From an uncultured Acidimicrobiaceae bacterium (GTDB taxonomy: Bacteria > Actinomycetota > Acidimicrobiia > Spongiisociales > ZC4RG35): a DNA stretch of 49,939 nt. Below the pieces are notes generated by a model that was given only the letters and a program-made list of their open reading frames with translations, was not told where the DNA came from and made no database searches. Positions within the stretch are counted from its first letter, which is position 1; each line of letters starts with the position of its first letter. The DNA is taken from the NCBI GenBank assembly GCA_964617995.1, contig CAZTXD010000007.1, positions 1-49,939 on the forward strand, read 5' to 3'. Of the stretch, positions 28,329 to 38,209 are shown piece after piece. The translations under genes were made by a program, and so were the position numbers.

Positions 28329-29903
28329 GTGAATGTCCACCCCTCCGCTACGGAGGAGACGGTTCGGGTTGCCGAGGTCATCGCCGCGACGTGCTTGGCC
28401 ACGGACCTGGGCATGGGCTTTCCGTTCGAGCACGGTCTGCATGCGACGTTGATGGCGATGAGGCTCGCCGATCTGCTCGAGGTCGATCAGGAGACCGCCT
28501 CACAGACCTACCACTGCTCGCTTCTCATGTATTCGGGATGCACCACCGACGCCGACATCCTGGCGAAGATCGTCGGAGGCTCGGCTATCGAGAGCGCCCA
28601 ACCCACCCTGTACGGTTCCCCGGTACAGGTATTGACCGGCGTTGTCCGGTCGATACCGTCTCCGGACAGTTCGCCGTATCGGCGCGTATACGAGACGGCC
28701 ACGCAAATGCCCAAGCTCCTGCGGTTCGGCAGACCGCACATGAGCGCGGTCTGCGAGGTCGCGACGATGCTGGCGCAACGTCTGGGCCTCCCGGCATCCA
28801 TCCACCAGCTCTTCACCCTCATAACCGAGCGGTGGGACGGATACGGATTGCTGAGACGGGCTCGGGGGGAGGAGATCCCGCTCGCTCTGCGCATCGTTCA
28901 CGTCGCAAGGGACGCCGCCTACCAGCGTCTCATCGGCGGAGACGAGCACGCCGCGGACATCATTCGACAACGCGGAGGACATGCCTTCGATCCGGTCGTG
29001 GCCACCACGTTCGCCCAGAACGCCACGAAGATCATGGCGGCGGTCGACACCGACGGATCTGCATGGGAGGCGACTCTCTCCGCCGAGCCACGGCCGTGGC
29101 CGATCCTCGAAGGAGAGGCCATAGGGCATGCCCTTTCCGCGGTTGGGGACTTCGCCGACCTCATCTCACCGTCGCTGGCGGGTCATTCATCGGGTGTGGC
29201 GAGGCTGGCGGTCGCAGCCGCCGAGCTGTGCGACTTCAGTCGACCCGACATCGCCCTGGTGGGACGGGCTGCTCTTGTCCACGACGTCGGGCGAGTAGCG
29301 GTCCACCCGCGTGTCTGGCAGAAACCCGGACCGCTGACCGCCGACGAGTGGGAACAGGTCAGACTTCACGCCTACCACACCGAACGGGTCCTCAATCGGG
29401 CTCCGTTTCTCGCCGCGCTGGGCAGAGTTGCCTGCGCCCACCATGAGCGGCTGGACGGAAGCGGGTACCACCGGGCTGCGACCGCCGTCTCGTTGAGCCC
29501 AACCGCCCGACTCCTGGCCACCGCCGACGCCTTCTCGGCCATGATCGAGCCGCGGCCACATCGGAACGCCTTCAAAGCAGATGTAGCCGCGGAGATCCTA
29601 GGTGAGGAGGCCAACTCGGGGCGTCACGATCCCGATCTGCTGGCCGGCGTCCTGGAGGCTGCGGGACAAGCCGTCCCGCCCGTCGAGCGACCGGCAGGGC
29701 TTACCGAGCGGGAGGCCGAGGTGATTCGTCTTCTGGCTAGGGGTCTACAGACCAAGCAGGTGGCGCGAACCCTCGACATCTCGGCGAAGACCGCCGACTT
29801 CCACATCCAGAGCGCCTACCGCAAGATGGACGTCTCCACCCGAGCCGGGGCGATCCTGTTCGCCATGCAGCACGGTCTCGTCACCTGGGAGAACTCCCGA
29901 TAG
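28329..29903 (+). CDS. HD-GYP-like domain + LuxR HTH regulator
   Basis: ATDLGMGFPFEHGL, ERWDG, VHDVGR, HHERLDGSGY, C-terminal GLTEREAEV..LLARG...K.VA..L.IS.KT..H. Start uncertain (GTG 28329 or ATG 28269). Confidence 0.9.
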   Translation: MNVHPSATEETVRVAEVIAATCLATDLGMGFPFEHGLHATLMAMRLADLLEVDQETASQTYHCSLLMYSGCTTDADILAKIVGGSAIESAQPTLYGSPVQVLTGVVRSIPSPDSSPYRRVYETATQMPKLLRFGRPHMSAVCEVATMLAQRLGLPASIHQLFTLITERWDGYGLLRRARGEEIPLALRIVHVARDAAYQRLIGGDEHAADIIRQRGGHAFDPVVATTFAQNATKIMAAVDTDGSAWEATLSAEPRPWPILEGEAIGHALSAVGDFADLISPSLAGHSSGVARLAVAAAELCDFSRPDIALVGRAALVHDVGRVAVHPRVWQKPGPLTADEWEQVRLHAYHTERVLNRAPFLAALGRVACAHHERLDGSGYHRAATAVSLSPTARLLATADAFSAMIEPRPHRNAFKADVAAEILGEEANSGRHDPDLLAGVLEAAGQAVPPVERPAGLTEREAEVIRLLARGLQTKQVARTLDISAKTADFHIQSAYRKMDVSTRAGAILFAMQHGLVTWENSR

Positions 29904-30032
29904 GCAGTCGCCGGTCGCCCCCTTACCGTCCGAAAGACGCGAGCAGGAGAGCACCGAAATGGGTGATCGGCCAGCAGAGACTCTGATTGGCGGGGGCGAT
30001 CGAGGACATCAGCGAAAGGGGACGAGGGAATC

Positions 30033-30611
30033 GTGACTCTCGAAGACTGGATTCGCCTGTGGTTCATAGTGATATGGGGTCTGTCGATCATCGGCGGCCT
30101 CGCCGCGTTCATTCAATTTCGCGGTCGCCGAAACGCTGTCGAGAAGCAGGTCGGGCCGCTACCCACGCCGATGGGGATGATTCAAATCGCCGTCTTTCTG
30201 CTTCTGTTGACTCGCATCGGTGAAATCAGTGTCGACAGTTCGACGGGATGGCTCGTCTTTCGCGTGCTCGGGATAGTCCTGAGCATCTACAGCCTCGGAA
30301 TGCTGCTGTGGGCAGGGCGGACGCTCGGCCGCTTCGGCGCTCCTGGCCCCGCGGTGTTCCGCGACCACGAACTGATCACCTCCGGGCCGTATCGTCTGGT
30401 CCGCCATCCCGGCTACGCGGGTATCCAGGCAATCGTCCTGGGAGCAGCGCTGGGCACGCTCAACTGGCTCATACTCTCACTGTGGCCGGTGGCGGTGGTT
30501 GCCACCTACCTCAACAGCCGGGCGGAGGACACGCTCCTGCGGGAGAAGTTCGGGACAGCCTACGAGGAATACGCCATGCAGAAGAGGCGGTTCATCCCCG
30601 GGACCTGGTGA
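30033..30611 (+). CDS. Isoprenylcysteine carboxyl methyltransferase/PEMT family membrane protein
   Basis: HELITSGPYRLVRHPGY, RAEDTLLREKFG.AY.EY, RFIP. Confidence 0.92.
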   Translation: MTLEDWIRLWFIVIWGLSIIGGLAAFIQFRGRRNAVEKQVGPLPTPMGMIQIAVFLLLLTRIGEISVDSSTGWLVFRVLGIVLSIYSLGMLLWAGRTLGRFGAPGPAVFRDHELITSGPYRLVRHPGYAGIQAIVLGAALGTLNWLILSLWPVAVVATYLNSRAEDTLLREKFGTAYEEYAMQKRRFIPGTW

Positions 30612-30690
30612 CGAAGGCAACCGTGGGAGGTCCATCCTGTCGCTCGGGATGGGAGGACCAGGGATGGACACAGTCCGATGCATGGTGGTA

Positions 30691-30714
30691 ACGTTCAACT
30701 GAATGGTTGAACGT
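30691..30714. promoter_or_regulatory. ArsR autoregulatory operator
   Basis: Perfect inverted repeat ACGTTCAAC-N6-GTTGAACGT over the arsR start. Confidence 0.8.
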
Positions 30715-31032
30715 ATGCCGGGTGATCTCGACCGCACCTACGGAGCGTTGGCACACCCCACCCGCCGTGCTCTGCTCGACTTCCTCAGGGCCGGGCCGAT
30801 GCGGGTGACCGACATCGCCGAGCCCTTCACCGTCTCCCTGGCCGCGGTGTCCAAGCACGTCGCCGTCCTGGAGACGGCACAGTTGGTCACCAGGACGGTG
30901 CAGGGGAGGGACCACCTGCTCGACCTCCAGCCCGGGCCGCTCCTCGAAGCCCATGGTTGGATCGACACCTACCGGGACTTCTGGGAGGGGCGACTCGACG
31001 CCCTCGACGCCCACCTCACCGAGCGGCGATGA
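30703..31032 (+). CDS. ArsR/SmtB family regulator
   Basis: ALAHPTRR, SLAAVSKHVAVLE, W...YRDFWE.RLDAL. Confidence 0.92.
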   Translation: MVERMPGDLDRTYGALAHPTRRALLDFLRAGPMRVTDIAEPFTVSLAAVSKHVAVLETAQLVTRTVQGRDHLLDLQPGPLLEAHGWIDTYRDFWEGRLDALDAHLTERR

Positions 31033-31505
31033 CGAGACGCCGCTCGATCCCCCAAGAGCAGGTCCGGGTCGAGAGGCTTCTGTCCGCTCCGATCGAGGCG
31101 GTCTTCGCCGCCTGGACCGACGCCGGCTCGATGGCCGAATGGCTCTCCCCGGTGGGCCACGCCGAGGTCGAGACCGACCTCCGGGTATCGGGTCGGTTCC
31201 GGGTGGTGATGGCCGGGGGCGACACGCGGATCGAACACACCGGGCAGTACCTGGAGATCGACCCGCCCCGCCGGCTGTGCTTCACTTGGATCTCGCCTTA
31301 CACCGGGACCGAGCCGAGCGTGGTGACCGTCGACCTGAGTCCCGAGGGCGACGGGACCCGGTTGGTTCTCGTCCACGAGCGTCTGCCCGAGGACCAGGTC
31401 GCCTCCCACACCGGTGGGTGGGGGTCGATCCTCGACCGTCTGGCAGACACCCTGGCACCTGATCGGCTCCCGAGCAGGGAGTCAGCCGAAGGGGCGGGTT
31501 CGTGA
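31029..31505 (+). CDS. SRPBCC (AHA1-like) domain protein
   Basis: VFAAWTD, DLRV.GRF, G.YLEIDPPRRL.FTW, GWGSILDRL. ATGA-coupled to arsR. Confidence 0.9.
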   Translation: MTRRRSIPQEQVRVERLLSAPIEAVFAAWTDAGSMAEWLSPVGHAEVETDLRVSGRFRVVMAGGDTRIEHTGQYLEIDPPRRLCFTWISPYTGTEPSVVTVDLSPEGDGTRLVLVHERLPEDQVASHTGGWGSILDRLADTLAPDRLPSRESAEGAGS

Positions 31506-31791
31506 CCATCCGCAAGACGGCCCGGTTCACCGTGGCACCTGGAGAGCTGGACCGAGCGCTGGCCGCCATCGGCATCCACGTGGCCCACACCAGGGCCGGG
31601 CCCGGAACTACGGTCTACCAGTCCTGGCAGGCGACCGAGCGTCCCGCTGAGTTCCTCCATCTCATGGAGTTCCGGGATGCCGCCGCTCAGGAGGCACACC
31701 GGTCGAGCGACCCGGTGATGGCTCTCACCGAGACCCTGCACCCCTGGGCCTCGATCCGCCTCGCTTCGACGACTGGCTGCATATCACCTAG
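31502..31791 (+). pseudogene. Antibiotic biosynthesis monooxygenase (ABM)-like protein with an apparent 3' frameshift
   Basis: ABM pattern GPGT.VY...F.H.MEF.D..A..AH..S. Adding one C to the run at 31741-31744 gives ...LHPLGLDPPRFDDWLHIT* ending at TAG 31791. Confidence 0.6.
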
Positions 31792-31821
31792 ACCGACGAG
31801 GAGGTTGTCCTGCAGGTAGAC

Positions 31822-32265
31822 GTGCGCACCGAGATCCAGATCGATCGGCCCCGCGCCGAAGTAGCGGAGTACGCCACCGACCCGGACAATGCCACCACGT
31901 GGTACGCCAACATCGTGGCGGTCGAGTGGAGGTCGCCGAAACCGCTCCGGGTCGGGACGAACATCGCCTTCGTCGCCCGCTTCCTGGGACGGCGTCTGGC
32001 CTACATCTACGAGGTGAGGGAGCTGATCCCGGGGGAGCGACTGGTGATGAGCACCTCCGATGGGCCGTTCGGCATGGAGACCACCTACGAGTGGAAGGAC
32101 ACCCCGACGGGCGCGACCAGGATGACCCTGCGCAACCGGGGCACCCCCTCCGGCTTCGCCGGCATGGCGGCCCCGATGATGACCGGCGCCATGCGCCGCG
32201 CCAACCGTAAGGACCTGGCCCGGATCAAGGCCATCCTCGAGTCGGCCACCTCGGCCACCGATTGA
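31822..32265 (+). CDS. SRPBCC polyketide cyclase-like protein
   Basis: DPDNATTWYANI, FVARFLGRRL.Y.YEV, GPFGMETTY.W, RANRKDL. Confidence 0.9.
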   Translation: MRTEIQIDRPRAEVAEYATDPDNATTWYANIVAVEWRSPKPLRVGTNIAFVARFLGRRLAYIYEVRELIPGERLVMSTSDGPFGMETTYEWKDTPTGATRMTLRNRGTPSGFAGMAAPMMTGAMRRANRKDLARIKAILESATSATD

Positions 32266-32644
32266 AAACTGACGAGCCTCCTAGATGGTTCCGCCTTGGT
32301 GTGGCGTAGCCGGCGGCTCCTAAGGTTGGTGGGAGCGCCTCCTGCTCTCGTTCAGTGAGGACTCCAAGCGACGACTTCCGATCGGTGTATGTGGACGGCT
32401 ATCAGTCCGGGGTGCCTTGTTGAGCGGCAACGGCCGGGCGAGACTCGCCGCGGTGGAGACCATTGTGATCACACACGGCAAGCTGACCGCGTTTCTACTC
32501 GCATCCGTTCAAGAGGACCGCTCAGCCTCCTAGCGGGTCACCCATATCAACACTCCGACTCGTCGAAGCAGGAGCGTCGAGGATGCGGCCATCGTTCATG
32601 ACGTGGACGAAGCCGCGCAAAACCGCACGGGCTCGAGGTTGGGG

Positions 32645-33625
32645 TCAACGCAGGCGGGGCAGAACCTCATTGCCCAACAGATCGATGCTCGTGAACCACC
32701 GGTCGAAGCTGAGCCGCGTGTCGAAGACGAGGTGATCTACTCCCACCTCCTGGAAGCGCCGGGTCTGCTCGACCACCTGGTCCGGGGTCCCGGCGATGAG
32801 AGAACCTTCGATGTCGTCGGCCGTCTCGAAGCGGCCCGATGGCGGCTTGACCCACCACTTGCCGCGTTCGTTGGCCCAGCGGAGAAGGCCCTCGACGCTG
32901 GTGCCCGCCCACGCCTCTTCCTCGGTCTCGGCGATGGTCGTTGGGGGAACGACTCCCACCGAGGGCATCCGGCGGCCGTTTTCGGCCACGATCTTCTGCA
33001 TCGACTCGACCCTCTTCTCGATCGTCTTGAGGGTGATACGCCCCGGGATCCATCCGTCGCAGTACTCGGCCGCCCGGCGGGCAGAGGCCGGGGTCGCCCC
33101 TCCGTACCAGAAGGGGATCGGCCCGGCCGGCTTGGGGTAAAGGGTGACGCCGTCGAACTGGAAGTGATCGTCGGCATAGCTGACGTCGTCCTGGGCGAAG
33201 ACCAGCTCGGCGATGCGGGCGGTCGACTCCACCAGCTCCGGGCGGAAGATTCCACCCAGTCCGACGGCCTCGAATTCGTGGTCGAACGTGCCCGCCCCCC
33301 ACCCGGCGATGATGCGGGGACCCACCATGTGGGTCAACGACGCGAGGGTGAAGGCGGTGACGAGGGGGTGGCGGTAGGGGATCAGCGTCGCCGTACCCAA
33401 GGTGATGGTGTCGGTGACTGCCCCGATGGCCGTGAGGACGGTGAGCGGTTCGTAGAAGGCGGGGTTGGGGCTCTCGAACTCCCCGTGTGGCTCGAAGAGG
33501 AGATGGTCCCTGACCCACACCGAGTCGAAGCCGAGGTGTTCGGCTCTCCGCGCCCCGTCCAGGAGCATGTCTTTGTCGGCGTGCTCCCCGAAGTGCGGCA
33601 GCAGCAGCCCGAATTTCATCGCCAT
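32645..33625 (-). CDS. LLM flavin/F420-dependent oxidoreductase
   Basis: KFGLLLPHF, AEHLGFDSVWVRDH, LGTATLIPYRHP, WYGG, RRAAEYCDGW. Confidence 0.92.
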   Translation of the reverse strand: MAMKFGLLLPHFGEHADKDMLLDGARRAEHLGFDSVWVRDHLLFEPHGEFESPNPAFYEPLTVLTAIGAVTDTITLGTATLIPYRHPLVTAFTLASLTHMVGPRIIAGWGAGTFDHEFEAVGLGGIFRPELVESTARIAELVFAQDDVSYADDHFQFDGVTLYPKPAGPIPFWYGGATPASARRAAEYCDGWIPGRITLKTIEKRVESMQKIVAENGRRMPSVGVVPPTTIAETEEEAWAGTSVEGLLRWANERGKWWVKPPSGRFETADDIEGSLIAGTPDQVVEQTRRFQEVGVDHLVFDTRLSFDRWFTSIDLLGNEVLPRLR

Positions 33626-33628
33626 CGC

Positions 33629-35005
33629 TCAATTGTCCTTTCTGGCCGGTAGAGCCTGGCGGCCCTGCCCGGGCTTTCCAACGATTTCACCGTCGACCCA
33701 CGTGTCGACACCCCGCACCATCGTCCGCGCCACGGCCCCCTTGACCCGGCGGCCGTGGTAAGGCGTCCATCCGATCTTCGACAGGACCGAATCGTTGGTG
33801 ATGGTCCACTCCCGCTCCAGGTCCACCAGCACCACGTCGGCGTCCGAGCCGGGAAGGAGGGATCCCTTGGCGGGCAACTCGAAGATCCGGGCGGGGGTGA
33901 TCGAGACCAACTCGACCATCCGCTCCAGGGAGATCTTGCCCTGATGCCAGGCGTCGATCATGAGGGGGAGCTGATACTGGATCCCCGGCGTCCCGGTGTG
34001 GGCTGCCCAGGCGTCGGTCCAGCCCAGGTCCTTCTCCTCGCGGGTGTGAGGGGCATGATCGGAGGCGAGCATGTCGACCACGCCGGCTTCCATCGCCTCC
34101 CACAGGGCCTCCTGATGGTGCTCGGGTACCCAGTAGGAGAGGACGTAGGAGCCCTGCTTGTCGATGTCGCTCATGCGACCCAGGAAGACGGCCCAGTGGT
34201 TGACCTCACCGGACACGTCCACCCCCCGGGAGCGGGCATCGGCGAGCATCTCGATCTGGCGGACGGTTTGCACATGAACGATATGGAGCTTGCACCCGGT
34301 TGCCTCGGCCATGCGGATCAGCAGGGCGGTGGCCGTGTCCCAGATGATCCCGTCGTCGACGGCCAGAGTCTTGCCGTAGGCCTGGGGGCTGCGGTCGCCT
34401 CTGGCCCAGAATTCCTGTTCGACCACATCCATGATCCGCTGATCATGGGGATGGACCATCAGCCGCAGACCGGTGGCGGCCACCGCCTTCATCGCCCGAT
34501 ACAGGTCGCCGTGGTCGTGGATCCCGATGGCCGAGGGGTGGGGATAGGAGCGACCGGTGTCGACCACCATGTAGATCTTGTAGGCGGCGATCCCCAGGTC
34601 GGCCATGAGGGGGATCTCGTCGAGCACCTTCGCCGCCGGGTTGTGGTTGTAGTCGACGAGGCTCTTCGTCTCGTACATCTCGAGCACCGCTTCCAGGTCG
34701 CCCCTCGTCATGGTGGGCGGATCGAGGTTGGGCATGCCGAAGATGGTCGTGTAACCACCGGCAGCCGCTGCCTCGGTGGCGGTGGTGATGTCCTCTTTGT
34801 GGGTGTAGCCCGGTTCGCGGGTGTGGACGTGGACGTCCACGCCTCCGGGGATGGCCACCAGTCCTGAGGCGTCGACCGATTCGGCGTCGGCCGGGCCTGC
34901 GCCCGGGGCGACGAGCGCCGACACCCGTCCGTCGTCGATGACGATGTCGAGGGGCTGGAGGCGGCCTTCGACGAAGACCCGGGCTCCCGTGACGAGCCGC
35001 GTCAT
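33629..35005 (-). CDS. Dihydroorotase/allantoinase-like cyclic amidohydrolase
   Basis: DVHVHTREPG, AAAGG.TT..GMPN, YKIYM, HIVHV, ASDHAPH, KGSL.PG.DAD, SK.GWTPY. Confidence 0.92.
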   Translation of the reverse strand: MTRLVTGARVFVEGRLQPLDIVIDDGRVSALVAPGAGPADAESVDASGLVAIPGGVDVHVHTREPGYTHKEDITTATEAAAAGGYTTIFGMPNLDPPTMTRGDLEAVLEMYETKSLVDYNHNPAAKVLDEIPLMADLGIAAYKIYMVVDTGRSYPHPSAIGIHDHGDLYRAMKAVAATGLRLMVHPHDQRIMDVVEQEFWARGDRSPQAYGKTLAVDDGIIWDTATALLIRMAEATGCKLHIVHVQTVRQIEMLADARSRGVDVSGEVNHWAVFLGRMSDIDKQGSYVLSYWVPEHHQEALWEAMEAGVVDMLASDHAPHTREEKDLGWTDAWAAHTGTPGIQYQLPLMIDAWHQGKISLERMVELVSITPARIFELPAKGSLLPGSDADVVLVDLEREWTITNDSVLSKIGWTPYHGRRVKGAVARTMVRGVDTWVDGEIVGKPGQGRQALPARKDN

Positions 35006-35931
35006 GGCCGGTCCTCGATGATCATCGTGCTCTCCGGGGTGATCGCCTCGACCGCCCGAGAGCGCAGATGGGCGTCAAACCAGCCGATGATCTCGGTGAT
35101 CACGGCCTCGCCGTACTGGGCGTAGGCGGCGTAGTGGGTGGTGTGCCGCTGCATGATCAGCTTCTTGGGTTGGGCCGCTCGCTCGTAGAGGGCGACGGCG
35201 TGGTCGGTGGGCGTGACGGCATCGTCTTCGACGGCGATGACCAACAGGTTGCGGACACGGTCGGCGACATCCAGCGGCTTGTAGGCCATCACCGCCTCGG
35301 CCGCCCGCAGCGGCACCGAGGTGGGGATCCGGTCGTCGACGTCCTTCTTGACATTGCTCGCCTTCCGCTCCGGCGTGGGCACCATGATCTCTTCCCGGGG
35401 GTGGACCATCTCTCCCTCCCCCGAGGTGACTCTCTTGCGACGGTCGGCATCGAGGCGGTCCAGGAACTCGTACCACTCGTACTCCCGCCGCATGCGCCGC
35501 AGCCAATCCTCGCCGTCTGCTACCGGGACCTGGCTCACCGCGCACCGCACCCGGGGATCGTGCGCCGCCAGTAGGACGGCGTTGCCGCCTCCGGTCCCTC
35601 CCGAGCCGAACACGCCGATGCGGTCGCCGTCGATGTCGTCACGGGTCTGGAGGTAGGTCACGGCGTTGATGAGGTCCTCGAGCTGCATGGGCGGGGAAAG
35701 GGTGTTGCGATCCCCACCCGAGTCACCGAAGCCCCGGTAGTCGAAGATCAACACTGCGTATCCCCCTGCCGTCAGGGCCTCGTGATACGGCAGGTAAAGC
35801 CGGGCGTCCTTGAGGCCTAGCCACCCCGGACCCTGGACGATGGCCGGGAACGGTCCCTCGCCCGGTGGGCGGCGGAGGATCCCTGCCATGGGCTCGCCCT
35901 CCGAGTAGAACTGGACCTGGTCTTCACGCAT
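35002..35931 (-). CDS. Alpha/beta hydrolase-fold protein with an atypical nucleophile elbow
   Basis: FDYRGFGDSGG, IDGDRIGVFGSGGTGGG, EDDAVTP, TTHY. Confidence 0.88.
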   Translation of the reverse strand: MREDQVQFYSEGEPMAGILRRPPGEGPFPAIVQGPGWLGLKDARLYLPYHEALTAGGYAVLIFDYRGFGDSGGDRNTLSPPMQLEDLINAVTYLQTRDDIDGDRIGVFGSGGTGGGNAVLLAAHDPRVRCAVSQVPVADGEDWLRRMRREYEWYEFLDRLDADRRKRVTSGEGEMVHPREEIMVPTPERKASNVKKDVDDRIPTSVPLRAAEAVMAYKPLDVADRVRNLLVIAVEDDAVTPTDHAVALYERAAQPKKLIMQRHTTHYAAYAQYGEAVITEIIGWFDAHLRSRAVEAITPESTMIIEDRP

Positions 35932-38209
35932 CCGTTACCTCGGCTTTCTCGGACTGGTCTGGGAGGTTCAGGAGCTCCCACACCGCCTCCGGCGTGAGGG
36001 GGAGCCGCTCTGGCCAGCGCCCCGTCGCCCGACCCACCGCCGAGGCGACGGCCGCGCCGATCGGGTTGAGGGACCCCTCCCCACCGCCCTTGGCCCCGAA
36101 AGGCCCCACCCCATCGGCGCGCTCGACCACCACGCAGTCGATGAGGCGGGGCATGTCCCCCATCCGCGGCACCCGGTACTCCACCAGGTTCGGGTTGACG
36201 AGTTGCGGCCCGTCGTAGAGAAGCTGTTCGTAGAGAGCACCGCCCAGACCCTGGGTGGCCGCCCCCAGGTCCTGACCTTCCACCATGGCGGGGTTGATGG
36301 CATACCCGACGTCGCCCACGGTCACCAGATGCTCGACGGTGACGCGGCCTGTGTCGGAGTCGACCGACACGTCCACCCCGACCATCCCTATCTCCCAGAA
36401 GGGAGGCAGCTCCTCGAGCTCGCCGGTCCGTCTGACCACTCCGTGGCCCACCACCTCACCCTGTCGGCCGCCGAACCACTCTTGGACGACGACGTCGTAT
36501 CCGGCCTCGCCCGTCGGCCCCACCACCATGCCCTCAGCCGACTTGACCTCCTCGACCTGGCAGTCCATCACCTCGGCGCCCATCTCCTCGAGACGATGGA
36601 GGGCGTCGCGGCAGGCGCGCTGGACGGCCAGGCCGGTCAGGGTGGTGGTGCGGGAAGCTCCGGTCGTGCGCTCATAAGGGGTGCCGGAGGTATCGGACTG
36701 CACGACCTTTATGCGGTCGAGCCCGACCCCCAGCTCGGTGGCGGCGATCTGGGCCAGGGCGGTGCGGCTTCCCTGTCCCATCTCGGTCGATCCCGTGAGG
36801 AGGATCACCGAGCCGTCGGCCTGCAGGCGGACGATGACCGTCGACACCGGGAAGGCCCCGGCGTCGGATGCCGAACAGGCGAAGCCGAGGCCGCGCCCGG
36901 GGCCGGGCTCTCCCCCCCAACCCAGCTTGTCCAGGACGATCCCGAGGTCGGCGACGAGGTCGGCGTCCATGCCCCGTTTCCCGGGTAGGTGTCTTTCCCC
37001 GGGGTGGACCAGATTGATGCGTCGGAGATGGGCCGGGTCGACACCGAGCTGGTCTGCGGCCCGGTCCAGGTTGGTCTCTCCCGCCAGGGCGCCCTGAGGC
37101 GCTCCGAAGCCCCGGTACGACGACGAGGGCACGGTGTTGGTGTAGACCGCCCTCCCACGTGCCCTGAGGTTGGGGATCCGGTAGGGACCCATGCAGCGGT
37201 GGACCGCCTTGGTGAGTACCAGCGGTCCATTGTCGACGTAGGCGCCGGTGTTGAAGGTGAGATCGAAGTCCCGGGCGAGGATGCGTCCGTCGGCGTCGAA
37301 GGCCGACCTAACGCTGATGACGGCCGAGTCCGCCCGGGTGGTAAGGATGGATTGCTCGGCGTCGAGAGCGACCTTCACCGGCCGGCCGGTGGCCCAGGCT
37401 CCCACTGCGGCCAGCGGCTCGACCTTGGTGTACGACTTGGAGCCGTAGCCGCCCCCGATGAGGGGAGAACGCACCCGCACTCGATTCAGGGGAAGTGAGA
37501 AGATTCGGGCGAGGTCGTCCCGCACCTGGAAGGGATGCTGAGCGGTGGACACGACATCGAGGACGCCGTCGTCGAAGACGGCCACAGCGTTGTATGGCTC
37601 CATGGCGTAGGCGTAGAGCATGGGATACTCGACGCGACTCTCGACCACCAGGTGGGCGGAAGCGACCGCTGTGTCGACATCTCCCCATTCCAGTGCCGCT
37701 TCATGGGCGACATTGGAGCTCCTCGCCTCCGAGTGCGCCTCTGAGAAGGACCTGTCGCCCCTGTCGTAGCTCTCCTCGTGGAGGAGTGGCGCATCGTCGG
37801 CCAAGGCATCGTCGCAGCTGATAACCGCCGGCAGGTCCTGATAGCGGATCCTCACCAGCTCGCCGCCGTCGGCGGCGGCGTGAGGCGAGGTCCCTATCAC
37901 CAGGGCCACCGGCTCGCCGTAGAAGCGCACCTTGCCCAGGGCGAGGATCGGGTGGTCGGCCACGATGTGGCCGAAACGGGGGAACAGGCCCGCGAGGTCG
38001 TCTCCGGTGACGACGGCCATGACGCCCGGTGAGTTCAGGGCCTCTTCTGTGTCGATCCCTTCGAGGGTGGCATGGGCCCGGGTCGACCTGACAACATGCC
38101 CGTGCAGCATTCCCGCCATCGTGAAGTCGACCGCGTAGCGGGCCTCACCCGTGACCTTGTCCCGGGCGTCGACCCGGGTGGCGGATGTGCCCGCGCCGGT
38201 GCCGCTCAC
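35924..38209 (-). CDS. Xanthine dehydrogenase-family Mo-binding large subunit
   Basis: GTG 38209 (GTGA overlap). DKVTGEARY, IGGGYGSK, SYRGFG, EMGQG, TGASR, INP..VEGQ, GAKGGGEG. Confidence 0.94.
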   Translation of the reverse strand: MSGTGAGTSATRVDARDKVTGEARYAVDFTMAGMLHGHVVRSTRAHATLEGIDTEEALNSPGVMAVVTGDDLAGLFPRFGHIVADHPILALGKVRFYGEPVALVIGTSPHAAADGGELVRIRYQDLPAVISCDDALADDAPLLHEESYDRGDRSFSEAHSEARSSNVAHEAALEWGDVDTAVASAHLVVESRVEYPMLYAYAMEPYNAVAVFDDGVLDVVSTAQHPFQVRDDLARIFSLPLNRVRVRSPLIGGGYGSKSYTKVEPLAAVGAWATGRPVKVALDAEQSILTTRADSAVISVRSAFDADGRILARDFDLTFNTGAYVDNGPLVLTKAVHRCMGPYRIPNLRARGRAVYTNTVPSSSYRGFGAPQGALAGETNLDRAADQLGVDPAHLRRINLVHPGERHLPGKRGMDADLVADLGIVLDKLGWGGEPGPGRGLGFACSASDAGAFPVSTVIVRLQADGSVILLTGSTEMGQGSRTALAQIAATELGVGLDRIKVVQSDTSGTPYERTTGASRTTTLTGLAVQRACRDALHRLEEMGAEVMDCQVEEVKSAEGMVVGPTGEAGYDVVVQEWFGGRQGEVVGHGVVRRTGELEELPPFWEIGMVGVDVSVDSDTGRVTVEHLVTVGDVGYAINPAMVEGQDLGAATQGLGGALYEQLLYDGPQLVNPNLVEYRVPRMGDMPRLIDCVVVERADGVGPFGAKGGGEGSLNPIGAAVASAVGRATGRWPERLPLTPEAVWELLNLPDQSEKAEVTDA

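Noticed and set aside
32333-32359. Minus-strand LTEREQEAL, resembling a LuxR HTH remnant
   Set aside because: Nine codons with in-frame stops nearby, too little to call a pseudogene.
33629-35005. Calling the gene pyrC
   Set aside because: Dihydroorotase-like motifs, but it sits in a catabolic operon with no pyr genes, so it is likely a paralogue.
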